DNA of 62,630 nt, counting the filler, from Circinaria calcarea (lineage: Eukaryota): NCBI GenBank assembly GCA_051942165.1. It is 11 parts of 11 records of this genome, joined end to end, with 100 filler letters (N's around TTAATTAATTAA, not from the genome) between each part and the next. Parts side by side here need not be neighbours in the genome. Positions count along the whole stretch, not along the records: positions 22,852 to 28,458 come from JAVECS010001849.1; positions 28,559 to 34,162 come from JAVECS010001850.1; positions 34,263 to 39,863 come from JAVECS010001851.1; 8 more parts are not named here. One strand, 5' to 3'. The translations under genes were made by a program, and so were the position numbers. Below, in pieces: positions 25,705 to 37,334 of the stretch (its first letter is position 1; each line of letters begins with the position of its first letter). The notes below the pieces were generated by a model that saw only the letters and a list, made by a program, of their open reading frames with translations, was not told where the DNA came from and made no database searches.

Positions 25705-26845
25705 GCCGACAACAACATACAGAGAGGACGATTTCAACTCCTCCAAAAGCCTACGACCATATCTCTTATCTATCCTCTCTCACTAATCCAACTTGACGAT
25801 CGCAACGACTTCCATTCTCGTATAGGTGTCAACGGCGCTGCATACTAGATTGATACCACCTCCCCCTACTCTGTCCAAAATGGCGTTAACGACTCGAGAT
25901 TTCCTGATTCCAGCGATTGCATTGGTCATGGCGGCGGAGCAGGAGGTAGTCTGCAGCAGGATGCTAGTCAATCCTACACACGCAGGTTCGGTGGACGGGC
26001 GGGCCCTCCTCTTAATCTCCCGCTTCCGTCGCACCACGAATCTTTGGTCTAATAGTGCTTTCGAGATACTCCTGTTCGCATACCTGCCGTGCTAATTGCT
26101 CTTGTTGGGGATTTGCAGGCGTGCTCCTTGGCGTGAGATTGTTGGCTAGGAAAAAGAACGGTCCGGTGGATAGGGCAGAGATAATGGCGGGCAGGGAGCA
26201 TGTGGCACAGCATCAACTTTGCGCGGTGGACATATCATCCGTTTTCATGGCAATCTTACACGCTTCTTAATGTTGGTATACTGCTGTTGGCTGGCTTCTT
26301 GGCTCTCTTTCATACTTGTGTAAAATAGCTCATCTACATAATCTAAAATATGAATCCGTGTAGCTGGCATGTTGTTACGTGAGTGGAGTCTCTGTTGTCT
26401 GTCATACGGGGCTGCCTTTCTCCGTGATCTGTTAACGGACCTGGGAATGGGAAAGGTAAAGAATCTCGTGATCCCGCGGGCGCCCAACGCTGCACGCCAA
26501 GAACACTAGCGCAGCGGCTTTAGGAAGGTTTGGAATCCAGTAGTCTGGTACGGAGTAAGGCGGAAACTGTTAAATGTCGCACTCCGCCCCCGCATTCTGC
26601 CTGCTTGAGCTACATTTCGCCTCAACCGAGTCCTCCATCCCACATATCACATCCAAACTGCAGGTCGAGAGCTGTTACTAAAGGTAATAACCAGGAGAAG
26701 CTTCAACTGCGCAGGTAGGTACGGGAAGTGGATCGAGCATGATTGTTATCCCTCTCACATTCACGCTGGCTTGGCTGACACCATTCTTTGCAAGCAGCAA
26801 GACGACCACCTTCTTGATAGCCTCACGCAAATAAATCTCCCCACC

Positions 26846-27384
26846 ATGTCTACTCCGGAAGCAGCTCCTTATACGCCCCCTCCTTCGATTGGCCATGAGA
26901 TAGGCGTCATGTTCGGCTTCGGCGGGGCGATGGTGCTGTCGATGGTGGGGTATTTGGTGTTTTGGAAGAGTATGTGAAGGAGCTGTGGTACATTTACGTT
27001 ATTGTGTCTTTCGTTGTGATTACTCTTGAGCGCCAGCGGATTCAATCGTGGGAGGCCTAGTCAGCTCCCGCGCATGTTCCTTCAGCCGTCTCTCCTTGAA
27101 AGCCTTTCAACTAGTGCTGTCCACCCCAGGCTTCCTACGGATACTTACTCCTTCATTTAATTCTTCCATCCTTGCATCCTTTACTGGTCTGCCCAAAAGA
27201 AACAACAAAGCTAACATCTTTCACCCTAGTGGCAAACAAGCGTTCCGCAAAGAAAGAAAACGAACGTCGTGAAGCCTTGGCCCAAAAGGGCATTTATGAG
27301 GGTTCCATCATCGGAGGCGGCTATTCCGATACTAAGCCCGAAAATGAAACTATCGTGGAGGGCGTGGAGTCAAATACACTTTGA
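26846..27384 (+). CDS. Small single-pass membrane protein (2 exons)
   Basis: MSTPEAAPYTPPPSIGHEIGVMFGFGGAMVLSMVGYLVFWK|MANKRSAKKENERREAL...; intron 26970-27229 (GTATGT...GCTAAC...TAG). Confidence 0.8.
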
Positions 27385-28322
27385 GGACCCTATGGGTAGA
27401 TAATCCAGCAGCTGTGTTGATGGACCAATGCTGGAACGGAAAACCGCGAGCGATATATCAGGAGGTCGGTTAGGGAGTTGAGAACAAGGAAAGGATGTGG
27501 GATCAGGAGTAGCCGTGTGTGTTACGGATATTCATCAGCAGGCGGTAACTTTTGGTCGACAAATCGGTAATTTGTCATGGTAGGGTTTCAGGGCGTATGC
27601 ACATGGGCCGGAATAGCTATTGCGCATTACTGTTCCTATTTCATTCATTCGAGGCGGGGTGTAAAAAAGCACCGCCACACCCCGGCTTACTTGGTATCTT
27701 CAGCCCCCCTAGTTCATTTGACCACTTTACATAACAATTCACATAGATTATGATGTGTAGCTGTTATGCTAGTCCTTCAAATACGAGCGAGACAATGGTG
27801 GATTGACGGCGACATGACTTATTAGATTGGTGGTACGTGTTTTGCAGCTTTGCATAGAAATTTCTACCGTGGTCGCAGGCATACAGATGTTGACGCGGGA
27901 TTTCAATCAACTCCGGTATCCTCAGCAAAGGCTGTATAAATTCTTTCCAGAAAGAGGTATAACATGGAGGGGCATCCTCCGGTGTATATTCCGTCTTTCT
28001 GTATGGAATCAACTTGTCAATTTGGGCCTTGTATGATTATTGCAAGACAATAGGATGAGGAACGCTTAAGCCGCGCCTATTACTTAGTAAACCGGGGACA
28101 TTTTAACACCCCCGTCTCGATTGCATATATTGACTCTCTCTCTCTCTTACGTCCATACTTATTATTCCATACTGTTGAGTTTCCTTAAAGTAACGATGTT
28201 GCTGAAATCTGGTATGGTCTGCGGCATTTTATTTCCTTTCGTCTGCTTTTGGTCCTTGAGGTGTCTTCGTATAGGCAGGGGATTGGACAAGTATAAGGAA
28301 TCCGCGATTTTTTCCCAATCAA

Positions 28323-28458
28323 AATGCCCAATAGATTTCAATGCCCAATAGATTTCAATGCCCAATAGATTTCAATGCCCAATAGATTTCAATGCCCAAT
28401 AGATTTCAATGCCCAATAGATTTCAATGCCCAATAGATTTCAATGCCCAATAGATTTC
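28323..28458. repeat. Perfect 17-bp minisatellite (AATGCCCAATAGATTTC) x8 at contig end
   Basis: 136 bp equals 8 exact copies and runs into the spacer. Confidence 0.97.
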
Positions 28459-29428
28459 NNNNNNNNNNNNNNNNNNNNNNNNNNNNNNNNNNNNNNNNNN
28501 NNTTAATTAATTAANNNNNNNNNNNNNNNNNNNNNNNNNNNNNNNNNNNNNNNNNNNNGGTTGGGGGAGTATTTCTTAGCAGGGTGATCTCTTGCCCTGG
28601 GGAGGTTCCCGCTTCATGGTCTCCTCACAACATTAAATCAAAAACGCGGGTTATACGGTAGGCAAATCTCCAGAGACAGGGTCGATCCAGAAAAACCCCC
28701 CAGCAGAGAAAGTTGTGGTGGGAAGGGCCGCAACCGGCGGTGCGGCGTTGGTCGGTTGCTAGCAGTTTTGTTTTGTTTTTCTTGGTCTTCCCAGGACAAT
28801 GCGAGTAAATTAGGGGGGGGAGCAGAGAATACCTAGTTGCACGTGGTTAAACATTTAAAATTTAGGTGGTTAAGATGGTTAAGGGTGAGAGACAGATAAA
28901 TCGTATATTTGTGAGTACGTGTATTCGTTTATGATATGATGCCACCGCGGTTAATTTGGAAGTAGTAATAGTTGCGAAATTTGGGATTCAATTTAGCTAG
29001 CTCCCAAAAATGGGGGATGGCTGGTTGTTGACTCCTTTCTGGACTGATGCATCAATGAGACTTCTCTGTGCAGACCCGCGCCTTGTCGACCAGCCCTAGA
29101 CTCTAATTATAAGGGGCGGGAGACGGCTTTTGCATCAAAGGAGAGGGAAAGCTTCGCTGCATGCGGACTTTTATCGCACATCACCGGCTCTTCTCAACAG
29201 AAGCATCCATAAAGAGGCCCCGTGACATCTTCATTGTCTACTTACTGTTTCCGGAGTTTTCTTTTGTGGTGGTTAATGAATAAATTGGAACTTCATTCCG
29301 GGGACCGTTTGCGGTATCGACGAGGCAAAATATTTCTCTTTGTTTCACTCACTATATAAGAAGTACTCCTACATCACATAGGCACCAGTCCTTTCTCCAT
29401 CAGCAGTTCATCCCTCCTTTCAACCAAA

Positions 29429-30415
29429 ATGTCGAATGATAGTGCTCCCCCGGACGACAGCCTTAACACCGATGACGTGCCAATCCCTACGATAGAGGAA
29501 ATCGAGAAGAAAGGTCACCGCCATCAGCACCCAAGCGGAACACCAAACATCACCATTTACAAACTCAAGTATCTTATCAAGAAATCACAGAATCATCGGC
29601 ATGACCGTTTACTCAAAGAGATTGAGAACATGGAATTCGTAGCGAAACATACCACCATACCCGTGCCGAAAGTATTGGCAGTGCTTAAAGCTGACGACGG
29701 CATCACCACGTATCTCGTGATGAATTACATTCCCGCCCCCACGGTTGAGGAGGCTTGGCCAGGGCTTAGTCCGGCTGAAAAGGAAGAAGTCGCACTAGAG
29801 TTGGCAAAACACTTGAGGCAGCTACACGGCTTGCGACCGGCGTCACCAGCCATGTTCAGTGGATGTAATGGAGGCCCTCTTCCTGACGATCTCCTCTGTC
29901 TTGTGCCGGGACACAAAAGAGTGCAATCACTAGGATATGACCTTGAAAAAATAGGATCGAGCCTTCAGTACCAGCGGCACGGTAATGGTGTTGTTCACCA
30001 CGCATATAATGGTCCATTTTACGGCGAAGCGGAATGGGTCACTGCTCTATGGGCGCGCTGCTTTGAATGGAATCGAAATAACAGTCTAATTCTGAAAAAG
30101 ATGGCTGAACGCGTGTTTCGTGATCATGCGGCACAATTCTGCCACGGAGACTTGCAGCTAAAGAACATACTTCTCGAGAGGACCCCGGCCGAGAAACGCG
30201 AAAACGACAGTCATTTCAGGCTTACGCTGATCGATTGGGAGGCGGCAGGATTTTATCCGGAATTCTGGGACTTCTGCATCTCTGTTTTTTGTGGTTCAAA
30301 GTCCGGTTGGGCTAATTATGTCGATCAAGCGATGAAACCGTACTGGGCTGAATACCCACTTTTCGCCATGTCGTATGAACTGATTGGACCTTTTTATAAA
30401 CCGCATGGGGGCTAA
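29429..30415 (+). CDS. APH/choline-kinase-like phosphotransferase
   Basis: EIENMEFVAKHTTIPVPKV, YLVMNYI, FCHGDLQLKNILL and LIDWEAAGFYPEFWDF. Confidence 0.92.
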   Translation: MSNDSAPPDDSLNTDDVPIPTIEEIEKKGHRHQHPSGTPNITIYKLKYLIKKSQNHRHDRLLKEIENMEFVAKHTTIPVPKVLAVLKADDGITTYLVMNYIPAPTVEEAWPGLSPAEKEEVALELAKHLRQLHGLRPASPAMFSGCNGGPLPDDLLCLVPGHKRVQSLGYDLEKIGSSLQYQRHGNGVVHHAYNGPFYGEAEWVTALWARCFEWNRNNSLILKKMAERVFRDHAAQFCHGDLQLKNILLERTPAEKRENDSHFRLTLIDWEAAGFYPEFWDFCISVFCGSKSGWANYVDQAMKPYWAEYPLFAMSYELIGPFYKPHGG

Positions 30416-30889
30416 AATATGGCGTAGGATGAAATATGACGGTCGAGCAATAGTCAAGACCGAGGAGAATCGCAAAACGATGCGTGAAAATAACCGCATA
30501 AAGGCGGATAAAAGAAGGGCAGAAGTCGCAGAGATAAAGAAGAGAAAAGAGAAAAACGTTAAACGCGTTTTGGGTTAGGACTGATACGGCGACTAAGACA
30601 TCTCCATGATAATAACAATAAATAATAATATGCAGCGGACTTATTCTCTCGCATCTTTTTCCTTTGTCCCGTGTGAATGCTTTGTCAGATGGTTTCGACC
30701 TCAGTAAGACAGTGTCGCTTTATTTCACAAACCTAGTTTCTATTCATCTATACAACCAGACTGTAACTTTGTTCTCTGGATTGAGACGTGTCATGGAACT
30801 TTCTAGCACAGTAAATATCCATTATCCGGTATGAGACCTTGAACTGGTAGGTTCGGCCACGATCTGGTATATATGACTGCCTGTACGCC

Positions 30890-31465
30890 ATGATCACAAC
30901 AGCAGAAGCATCAAACTCACCCAATTTGACTTGTTTACTTACCCGCGCAACATCCTCTTCTGTTACATCGCTTTTCGAATCGCAGCTTGTTGCTCCTCTA
31001 GGCATGCAAAACGCCAACGTAGGCCCCGTCAACATAATGGCCCCGGAAGCGGAGACACAGGACCCTCGCTGGCCCGTGTATCGTGCTCGGTTCGTAAGGG
31101 TTGACCTTCCCAATAGGCAGGACCAGCAGCAAAATCCGGAGTATGAGGCCGTCTTTGTGGAGATTGATCTCGCCCAACAATCAGGGCGCCTTATGGGTCT
31201 TGATACCTTTCCGAATGATCCACTCGTCGGTACGAAATACGGCCTGCCATCTAGTGCGGTTCCTCGCAGGATGCCCACATTCAGAGGAGAACGATTGGTC
31301 GGGTACATTACGCCAGAAAGCTTGTATCGCCTCAACGCAATTTGCAGGACCGTGGCGGTTTTGGAGCATGAAGACTCGCCGGTGTGGGTGGAATTGGCGT
31401 TGGAGGAAATCAAGTCGGAGGTTGAAGGAGAAGGGGAAACAGGGATGGAGGGAGAAATCTTCTAG
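30890..31465 (+). CDS. Hypothetical protein
   Basis: 191-codon ORF with protein-like composition; start uncertain (possibly 31004). Confidence 0.5.
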   Translation: MITTAEASNSPNLTCLLTRATSSSVTSLFESQLVAPLGMQNANVGPVNIMAPEAETQDPRWPVYRARFVRVDLPNRQDQQQNPEYEAVFVEIDLAQQSGRLMGLDTFPNDPLVGTKYGLPSSAVPRRMPTFRGERLVGYITPESLYRLNAICRTVAVLEHEDSPVWVELALEEIKSEVEGEGETGMEGEIF

Positions 31466-32464
31466 CTTGCGAGCCGGACGTGATATGGTCATGGAAGCGT
31501 CGGCACCGGGAGTGAGGAATCGCAAGGGAGAGGGTGTACCGTTGAGATAGCCGTGTCAACTTAAACTGGAAAATCTTCGCGACACCCACATGATGTCTTG
31601 TCTGGAGTAAGAGTGAATGATTCTAGTTGAGTGTGTCGGGTGTATCCATCCGCGATCCGATTCGGCGAAGCTCCCAATTCCTTTATCTTCTAGGACGGAG
31701 TGTCTGATGTATTGAGGGCGAGGCGGCCGACGTTAAAGCGATTATGGGACAACGATATTATGAAGATATTACGGGGTGCTCTTGGAAGTCTGTCCTACGA
31801 AGCGGGCGGGAATACGGAGTACTATGCTCCGAAGAGCCGACACCCGTTTTGCTCTATCTCAGTAACTTTTAGGGTAAAACCCATAGAGTCTCCCACATAG
31901 GGCAAATTCTTGAAGCTCCATTGACATATGTAACGCATATTACGAAATATGAATGCCTAATCTACTTTACTTCCTGATTTCCTTTTTTTTCTTCCCCTTC
32001 CCCCCACCTTTTCTATTCTGAAATCCCGTAAAGAATCCGTAGAGCTACGCTACTGGGCGCCGATACCAAAATATTTATTATATTATTTGCTTTCTCTTTT
32101 TTCCCATCCGTGGGAATCCTAGAATATCAAGACGGAGCGGAAGCTTCGGGTGAGGAGTTAATCCTTGAGGAAGCAAAAAGGAGAAAAGGGGAGGATAGTT
32201 TAAAAAAGGGGGAGAGAACCGAAGGGGGGCTATTATTCGTGTCATAGTAATATTTTAAACTTGCGTGCGGTGCTGTCGGTCGTGTAGGATTTGTGAAAAT
32301 TTCATAGTTTATATCTTGGGAAAGGTTAGAATTTTGCCCCTTTTGATAGTTAGGTTTAGTGTGTACGTATGACTTTGGAGGAGAATCCTTCTTAATGAAA
32401 TGAATTCAAGCCATACCCCCACTAACCCGTACCGCCTACGTTCCCTCCCCACTTAAAACTCTAA

Positions 32465-32760
32465 CTACATCCCGGTTTATCCGGGGGCCACCGCGTTCAC
32501 GGATAACTATCTGCGACCGAGGTTCTTGGTGAGTACGCGCGTTATTTGCTTAACGGCGCCCTTGGACATGAGGTAGAGGAGGTAATCCGGCGTAACGGTA
32601 GAGGGTCGGCGCAGAGGGTCGTGAAGAGGAGGATGCTGCCGGAGGAGAGAGCGCCAGATGGGGGGCAGGGGCTTTCTGGAGGTAGGAAGTAAGGGGGGTG
32701 TTTGACATTCAACAGCGACCGTGGGCGTCGGAATCGTACTGGGTCGGATTTCCGGTGAGG
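32465..32760 (-). pseudogene. Short-chain dehydrogenase/reductase relic
   Basis: Minus strand reads NVK..PYFL / SILLFTTLCA / PDYLLYLMSKGAVKQITRVLTKNLGRR*LSVNAVAPG*TG, containing the YxxxK and VNAVAPG motifs with stops and frameshifts. Confidence 0.75.
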
Positions 32761-33886
32761 GGGGTTTGGGAAGATGGAGGTATTGGTATGGGGGGGGTTT
32801 CGAGCGTGAGAGTAAGAGGGAAGTGAAATGAATAGGGAACGAGTACGTGGGGTATGTGGTTTTGGGGGCGAAAGTTGAAATTACGATATACTCTCTTCGG
32901 AAAACCAGAAAAAGCTTGCTATCCCTATCCTGTTCGAAGAGACACGGAAAAGGGATATTCCCCTTCTTGAAGGGTTCTTATCATACCCCCTAACAATAAA
33001 CTCACAATCCCTTAACAAGCGAGGATCATTTCAAAGTACAAAGTCCAAAGTACACCAACCAAAAGTAAAAATTTGCGAAAATCCTACTAACGCTAGAGGA
33101 AATTCAAGGAAAAACTTCGCACCTTTCTTACCTTACCACATACACAAAACACACAGCACAGGGTGAGAGTTATCTGTCTGCGGGCGCTGAATCGCCATCC
33201 GAATTCCAAATTCCAAATTCCCCGATTATGGTAGGGAGATTCCTGATCTCCCTACCCAATGCTCAGAATCCGTATGTATCCGGGCATTGAAAACACAATC
33301 AAATCTGATCAAGGTTGGTCTGCCAGCCAGCGGAGTCGGCCCGCCGCCTTCGGTATCAAACAAAATAAAAGCGACCATTTTTTTTTAAAAAAAGAAATAA
33401 AATCAAATTATTACATGTCTCCAAAAACCCCACCCATCGGAACAAACCAAACAGCATTAATCAATGTTATTTATTCGTTTTGCTAGCAAAAAGCTATCTA
33501 GAGTTCAAAGAGTCCTCAGCTTGCAAAACTACCTATCAGGTACATACATGCAAGCCTCAAAGGGCAGGTTGATTTGAAACCTAACCCGCCACGCAAAACG
33601 TGGAGGGTAGGGGTAAATCTCGAGCCAAGAACTGTTTCAGCAAAAGGCAGGTCGTAAGACCAATGTTCGGAGACATATTGCAGCGTGGCGAAGAACCGCC
33701 CACTTCCAATGCTCCAAGCTTCCGGTTGGGGCCATCAACATCAATACCCCGGTCGTAAATGCATTCATGGCCCTCATATCCAGTCTCTTCACCATGTCAT
33801 GCAGTGCAATACAGCCGTTCAGTCATTTTAATCCATGCACACTCTCTCATCAATCGTAAGACACCGTCAGTCCTTCACATCACCAA

Positions 33887-34162
33887 TCACTCAATCTCCA
33901 TCGCATCGTTACCGCCCTGCCCCCTCTTCGCTCCCACAAATGCCACAAATTCATCCAACACCCCCGGCCATGCTCCATCCTCACTCCACCAGCTCATGCT
34001 CTCATCTGCCAGACTCTTGTAAACAAATGCTAATGTCTGATCCCACATGTCACGATTGACACTCCTTTTCCATTTAGTCTCGAGATATTCGATCCACCAA
34101 TTCAACCACGGGGTAGTCGATGTGTTCCAACTCATGCTGGGCCTTTGAAACAGGAGACGCCA
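33887..34162 (-). CDS. DCN1: Defective in cullin neddylation protein 1, C-terminal part
   Basis: PWLNWWIEYLETKWKRSVNRDMWDQT...WSEDGAWPGVLDEFV (PONY domain end). Confidence 0.9.
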   Translation of the reverse strand, partial: WRLLFQRPSMSWNTSTTPWLNWWIEYLETKWKRSVNRDMWDQTLAFVYKSLADESMSWWSEDGAWPGVLDEFVAFVGAKRGQGGNDAMEIE

Positions 34163-34263
34163 NNNNNNNNNNNNNNNNNNNNNNNNNNNNNNNNNNNNNN
34201 NNNNNNTTAATTAATTAANNNNNNNNNNNNNNNNNNNNNNNNNNNNNNNNNNNNNNNNNNNNT

Positions 34264-34440
34264 CCCCCTCCGGTCTCCCCCACCGCAAGTGGCCGCCCTG
34301 GGCGTAGAGCCGCGAAGGTCGCCGTTATGAAATCGGCGGAGGTGGCGAAGAATACGGTGAAGCAAGCCGCGAGGCGTAAGAAGCAACTGGCGAGGGGGCA
34401 AACCCCCGATGAAGAAGTAGAGACCCAGCAAATAATGTAG
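34264..34440 (+). CDS. 3' end of an unidentified gene with a basic low-complexity tail
   Basis: Open frame PPPVSPTASGRPGRRAAKVAVMKSAEVAKNTVKQAARRKKQLARGQTPDEEVETQQIM* from the contig start, followed by AT-rich DNA. Confidence 0.45.
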   Translation, partial: PPPVSPTASGRPGRRAAKVAVMKSAEVAKNTVKQAARRKKQLARGQTPDEEVETQQIM

Positions 34441-34703
34441 AAATATAATAAAAAAAAATCTACATTATATTACCAGAATCTCAAATTTCATTGCAGTAAT
34501 AATTAGAATTTAAGTATAGAACTTTCATCCCCACACGCTGCTAGGCTAAAATCATGATGTTTTAAATATTATTTGTTTAATATGTACAAAGGATAGACTC
34601 CACCGGCTGAAATACCCTGGCGTATACTATATAACACTGACCCTAATTTCTGTTTTCCCACACAAAAACAGTTCCGTGCAGTCAAATTATACCAAGTTAC
34701 CTT

Positions 34704-36802
34704 TCACTCATCTTCGTAGCCCTCATCGTCATCATCCTCATCATTAATATCCTCATCCTCATCATCAATATCCTCATCGTCATCATCATTACCATCCTCA
34801 TCACCATCACGCTTCGGAGGTGCGATGGCCCAGTCCGAGTACATTTGGTAAATGTCTCGCATCGTCATGATATGCTGAGCTGTGTTATGCACAAGACGAA
34901 CACCAACTTGTACCGGCCCAGACGATTCGAGCAACTGAGTCAGAACGGAGTGCAGCTCTAGATTATCGACTGTGTACTGCTGGACTGGATGACCGGAGGC
35001 TGTACGCAATGGGTTACCTTTAGCTATACGCTTCCTTTTCCTTTTTCCTTTCCAACGATAGTCTACAGTGAGACTTGTTCCCTGGAGTTCATCTGCAGGC
35101 AGCACGGTCCAGGGATGGGAGGTATCTGGATAGGCCTTGGGTGTGCACAGGAGTAAGGTGCCTGGATTAGACCTCGCGGTTTTGACAGTTTCCCACCCTG
35201 GGTATGCGGAATACCGGACATCCGGGTTGGGACCTAATGCACGTTCTACTTTCGTGGCGCATATCCTTAGTACTGGTTCCGTCCAATGAAGCTCGTGACG
35301 ATGGAGTGGAAGAACACCCTGCGTATCATATCTTTGGCACTCTTCATCCGACCAGTGCCTGTAACTCGCGAAGATGAAGTGGCCGACCGGGACTGGACTT
35401 TGGCCAGCCAACATAAAAACGAGCCCGGAGCGTCTGTGAAGAGGTTAATACGGGACTTACTCTCTCAACTATCTTTTTCTACTTACCTTCTTCTGCATTC
35501 TCCTAAAAGAACTGTGTGTAAGCGCTGAACCACCGCCGATGCCCCGACAGCGGTGTCCCCAGGGTTGTGAACAATGCGCTCTCCGCTAAGTTTTCCTAAA
35601 GCAATAGGGTTTTTTTCTTTAGGGCTACCGTATCGGTCGATTAGCTTCTGGATAGTTCTTACTGCCTCCTGTTGACTCTTTAACGTAACGAGAAAGGGCT
35701 TCAATACATTAAAAGGACAATGCAGGAGCTCCTCAGAAGAGTCATCAGCTGTCCACCAATGGGTGGGAACATGATCCCTTGGTATACACAACGCTGTGCG
35801 CTTAGATTGTGCATTCTCTGCTGATTCCGCAAAGATATAGTCCCATGAGTACCAGGAGTGAAATACAGAGCGTCGACGATGCTGTGAAGCGGGGAAGTTA
35901 ATTGAGCCAGACTGGATATCCCACCACCAGTTGTACTTATGTTCAAAGGAGTAGCCGGCAATCTTAAAGTCTCCGTTATACGGTGCGAACGTGTTGAGTG
36001 TCAACCTGTAGGAACTGTACTGCTGAAAGGCTTCATACAGCCAGGTAACACGTGCTAGACTATCGGCTTGTGTTGTAAGCTGCGGCTGAAGTGCCACTAT
36101 CGGATGTAGGCGTGGAGAGAAATCTCGATACGTGATCCTAGTTGTGGGATTTACTATTTCTGCTTGAGAGCTCGTCCTGGCGTGGGTTTCCAAAGCCTGC
36201 AAAAACTTGGGCAATTCGCGGAGCTCAACCCCGTATGATTCCAGTAGTAGGGGAATTGGCAGTTGTTTGCAAGCAGAAGAAATAGTATTGGTGAAATTAA
36301 GTGTGGCTCTGTCTCGCCCATCACCCTTCGCTGTTTTTAACGCAGTTTTTAATCGTCTCGTCTTGGCCACTCGCCTATTAAGATGGCTCATTGGTATCAC
36401 TGCGACCGACCCTGCCCAGGCGCTGTGACTGATAAGTAATACTTGACAGTATTGACTTTGTGGGGGGCTCCAGCGAATGCTTCCATTAAACGATATTACG
36501 TTGCCTGTACCATGCGTACGAACCGAAGTACTGATGTTTTTATTGTCGCATAACCATAGGATCGGTAGTTGCTTTTGCTGGCGAAGATATTTCTCCAGCT
36601 CGAAGTAACGGACGATGTCAGTTCGACCTTGAAACACACGTGTTGCCAACTCTAGCGGAATAACAGCCCCATCACATAAGCCACCCTCCGGAGCTCGTAC
36701 CCAATTGGACATATTGGCCTCAAGAAATGAGTTGATGGAGCCTTCCGCTACGAATCCGGTTGCAGTGCTAATGCCTGGGACCGGGAATGCCTTGTCTGCC
36801 AT
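34704..36802 (-). CDS. Orphan protein (~681 aa), possibly with repeated PD-(D/E)XK-like nuclease folds, a basic NLS-like patch and an acidic tail
   Basis: Two long ORFs are joined in frame by intron 35434-35486 (GTAAGT...CAG). Motifs PEGGLCDG...CDNK and PYNGDFKIAGYSFEHK; KGKRKRKR; D/E tail. Confidence 0.65.
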
Positions 36803-36978
36803 GGTAGATTGATTCCCACTACTCAAGAATGGGGTTTTGAACGGGTTTTCGGAAGAGGTGTATGTGATAAACAATTCATCCAAATAACCTTGGAAAGGCC
36901 CTAAAGATTCTCAATGATATTCCTGTCTGAATAGATGAACGAAGCCGCTGAATTATAGCGAAGTTTTCTGGCAGCTTT

Positions 36979-37124
36979 AAGCAAGCTGATTTCCTTTAGC
37001 AAATATGAATTTGGAGTTCTGACAAATTTGCTATACATGAGTCACTTAAAGCAAGCTGATTGTTTTTAACAAACGTGAATTTGGAGTTCTGACAAATTTG
37101 CTATTCACATCACAAGTCACTTAA
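36979..37124. repeat. ~70-bp tandem duplication in a divergent promoter
   Basis: AAGCAAGCTGATT...GAATTTGGAGTTCTGACAAATTTGCTAT...AGTCACTTAA occurs twice (GCAAGCTGAT at 36981 and 37051). Confidence 0.88.
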
Positions 37125-37334
37125 TATTATCCAAGGGTTTGCTCTCCGCAAACAATTACCGTTTCTCTTCGCTCTTTTCTCCACATAATACCAGCCTCTC
37201 CTCTATTCAGACTTTTATTCCATACCACTCTATTTTCACATTCATACCACTCCGTCTCCACACAGACAGTGCCCTCCATTTAACTATCCTATTTGGTGTT
37301 CCGTGGATCACCACTTACTGCTTTTCGCAACAGC

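Noticed and set aside
28323..28458. Telomere with an unusual repeat unit
   Set aside because: The CCC-containing strand runs toward the end, which is the wrong polarity, and there is no TTAGGG core.
33230..33256. 11-bp perfect hairpin GGTAGGGAGAT-N5-ATCTCCCTACC
   Set aside because: Isolated, with no TSD or RNA-family context.
33570..33760. Telomerase RNA template (CTAACCC)
   Set aside because: Only a partial match (no TAACCCTAA), and it lies in the DCN1 3' flank.
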